DNA of 64,000 nucleotides from Anthoceros angustus. Its lineage: Eukaryota; Plantae; Anthocerotophyta. Position 1 is the first letter of the stretch. Each line of letters begins with the position of its first letter. The stretch covers positions 2,108,001-2,172,000 of the forward strand of contig VJWM01000044.1 of the NCBI GenBank assembly GCA_010909165.1, written 5' to 3'. The notes under the pieces were generated by a model. The model was given only the letters and a program-made list of their open reading frames with translations. It was not told the DNA's origin and did no database searches. The position numbers and the translations under genes were made by a program. Of this stretch, positions 62,531 through 64,000 are shown piece after piece.

Positions 62531-63495
62531 GATTTTTCACTTACTCTACACGTACGGCTTTTTTTCCTTGTACCACCACCTCCACACCCCGAGTGCATGT
62601 CATGGGGGTGCTCAGTCATAGACAAGGAAAGAACTTCATAATTCAATAGACTGTGGGTGAATCAAAACCGAAATGGGGTGTCATCCTTGCTTTGTTGCTA
62701 TCGTCCCACTTCATGGGCATGCCGGTGTCCCCCGTGTGAGGTCTAATCCGCGAGATCACTCGTTAAAATACAAATACACCTACTGTCTGAAGAATAGAAT
62801 ACGTGTCAAGGTGCGAAATAAGGTGGCAATTTTGGAATGCTGGAATTGGCAAGACATTCCCTTTTGTGGCTAAGCTGGCTTCCTCTCTCTAGAGGAAAGG
62901 ATCCACAATGTTTCGTGGTCGGTGACATTTTGCGTAGGAGGCTGATTTTTTGTTTGACAAAATGAAGCGTACTAGTACCATGATCATAGAGGTGGGTATA
63001 TGCTTGGGTTGGAGGTGGAATGTCATCTCTACCTATATCTAGGCAGAGGACAGCTAGGTTCTTATCCTTCAGCTCCCTTTTCAACATCAAATGTGAAGTA
63101 CATGACTGGAATTTTTCTTGCCCAATGGTACGAATGGTCCAACAAGCACCTCAACACTAGAGATGCTTCCATAGAAGAGGCCTAGGTATTAGGGTTTTGG
63201 CTCGATAGCAGAATCTTGTGCTTTGTCCCCTGGGGGATCGTAGTTTTTTATCAACCAGGGACACTCCCACCTTGTACAGTTTCTATTGAAGAGCGTCAAC
63301 GCTAAAAAGATGATATGCAATAAATGACATATAGCCTTGTGTGTGTATTTCAATTTTTTCAAATTCTCATTATTGCTCTGAATGTGATGTAAAGTAATTG
63401 GCAACGAGTCTAAATTATGTATGTTTGTTGGTCATCGGTTAATAGTGCCTACAACCCGATAAATTTAATGATAGAAAAGATGTCCTCTATGCATG

Positions 63496-63830
63496 GAATA
63501 GAGTAGACATTATTAATAGACGAGATGGGAAATCCCATCTACCCTTGAAGTCCGAGGAGGAACAACCCAAAAAGGGCTAATGGTAAAAAGGGAAGTCTTA
63601 GTCCCTCCGAATGCCTTTCCCGTAACTACCTACTTCTGCGCTTTCTGCAGAGCTATGGAAACTCGCTGGCAAAAGAAAGCTACCACAGAGGAAAGGGGGA
63701 GGCCCCTCCAATTCCTGTGGTTGTGATAGGCTTTTGCACACTTTTTAATTAACCTAGAGAAGTCCTTGCCCATAGCCTCATGAGTCTCAAGGGTGAGGGG
63801 GATGAAAAAATGTCCTTTATGCCAACATGC
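63496..63830 (-). mobile_element. CRE-clade retrotransposon: restriction-like endonuclease C-terminus and 3' UTR
   Basis: GHFFIPLTLETHEAMG..FFCQRVSIALQKAQ matches the FxPxxxETxG..QRVSIALQRAQ end of CRE ORFs. It is followed by a T-rich UTR with an 8-bp inverted repeat at 63523-63540. Confidence 0.8.
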
Positions 63831-64000
63831 CTCTCTAGACTAAATAGTATGCAATGTTCTCTCCACCAATATGAACATATATATGAGATGAGGTCAACTG
63901 GTCCAAGTGCCCTGTTTAGTCTCCGTCGGGAGTTCACCCTACTTTGCGATTCCCTGTAGGGGAGATTGCTTCGGCCCCCGACCTGCGGGTTTTGGGGGTC

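Noticed and set aside
62673-63404. Short ORFs on both strands, including an NAGIGKTF Walker-A-like string
   Set aside because: The motif is incomplete, the frames are broken by stops, and no helicase or RT context is recognisable.

Overview
Nuclear DNA of a compact land-plant genome. Introns are short (about 60-120 bp, GT-AG) and genes are GC-rich and closely spaced. A seed-free plant such as a hornwort fits best, but that is inference. Recognisable genes in order: ABCB transporter remnant; a DUF677/UPF0496 tandem array (one intact copy, two broken) around a frameshifted RCB/NCP (MRL7)-like gene; two BPS1/DUF793-family genes, one expanded to about 1,650 aa; clade-D PP2C; an orphan; LL-DAP aminotransferase; a POLA2 pseudogene; a PGG-domain protein head-to-head with an RCC1-repeat gene; a hot-dog thioesterase; L-aspartate oxidase; a CPBP/Abi protease; GSH1; a TMEM144-like transporter; and a repeat-flanked zinc-finger/coiled-coil ORF. 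The most striking signal is a four-copy ~200-bp element with a 5S-rRNA-like head, a 3' stem-loop, AATAAA and a (TTC)n tail, i.e. a candidate 5S-derived SINE in a plant. Two of its copies sit inside remnants of a CRE-clade non-LTR retrotransposon, whose RT, endonuclease C-terminus and 3' UTR are all visible here. Several conserved genes show 1-bp shifts at G/C runs that look like assembly errors. All alignments were done by eye against remembered family sequences, so boundaries are approximate.
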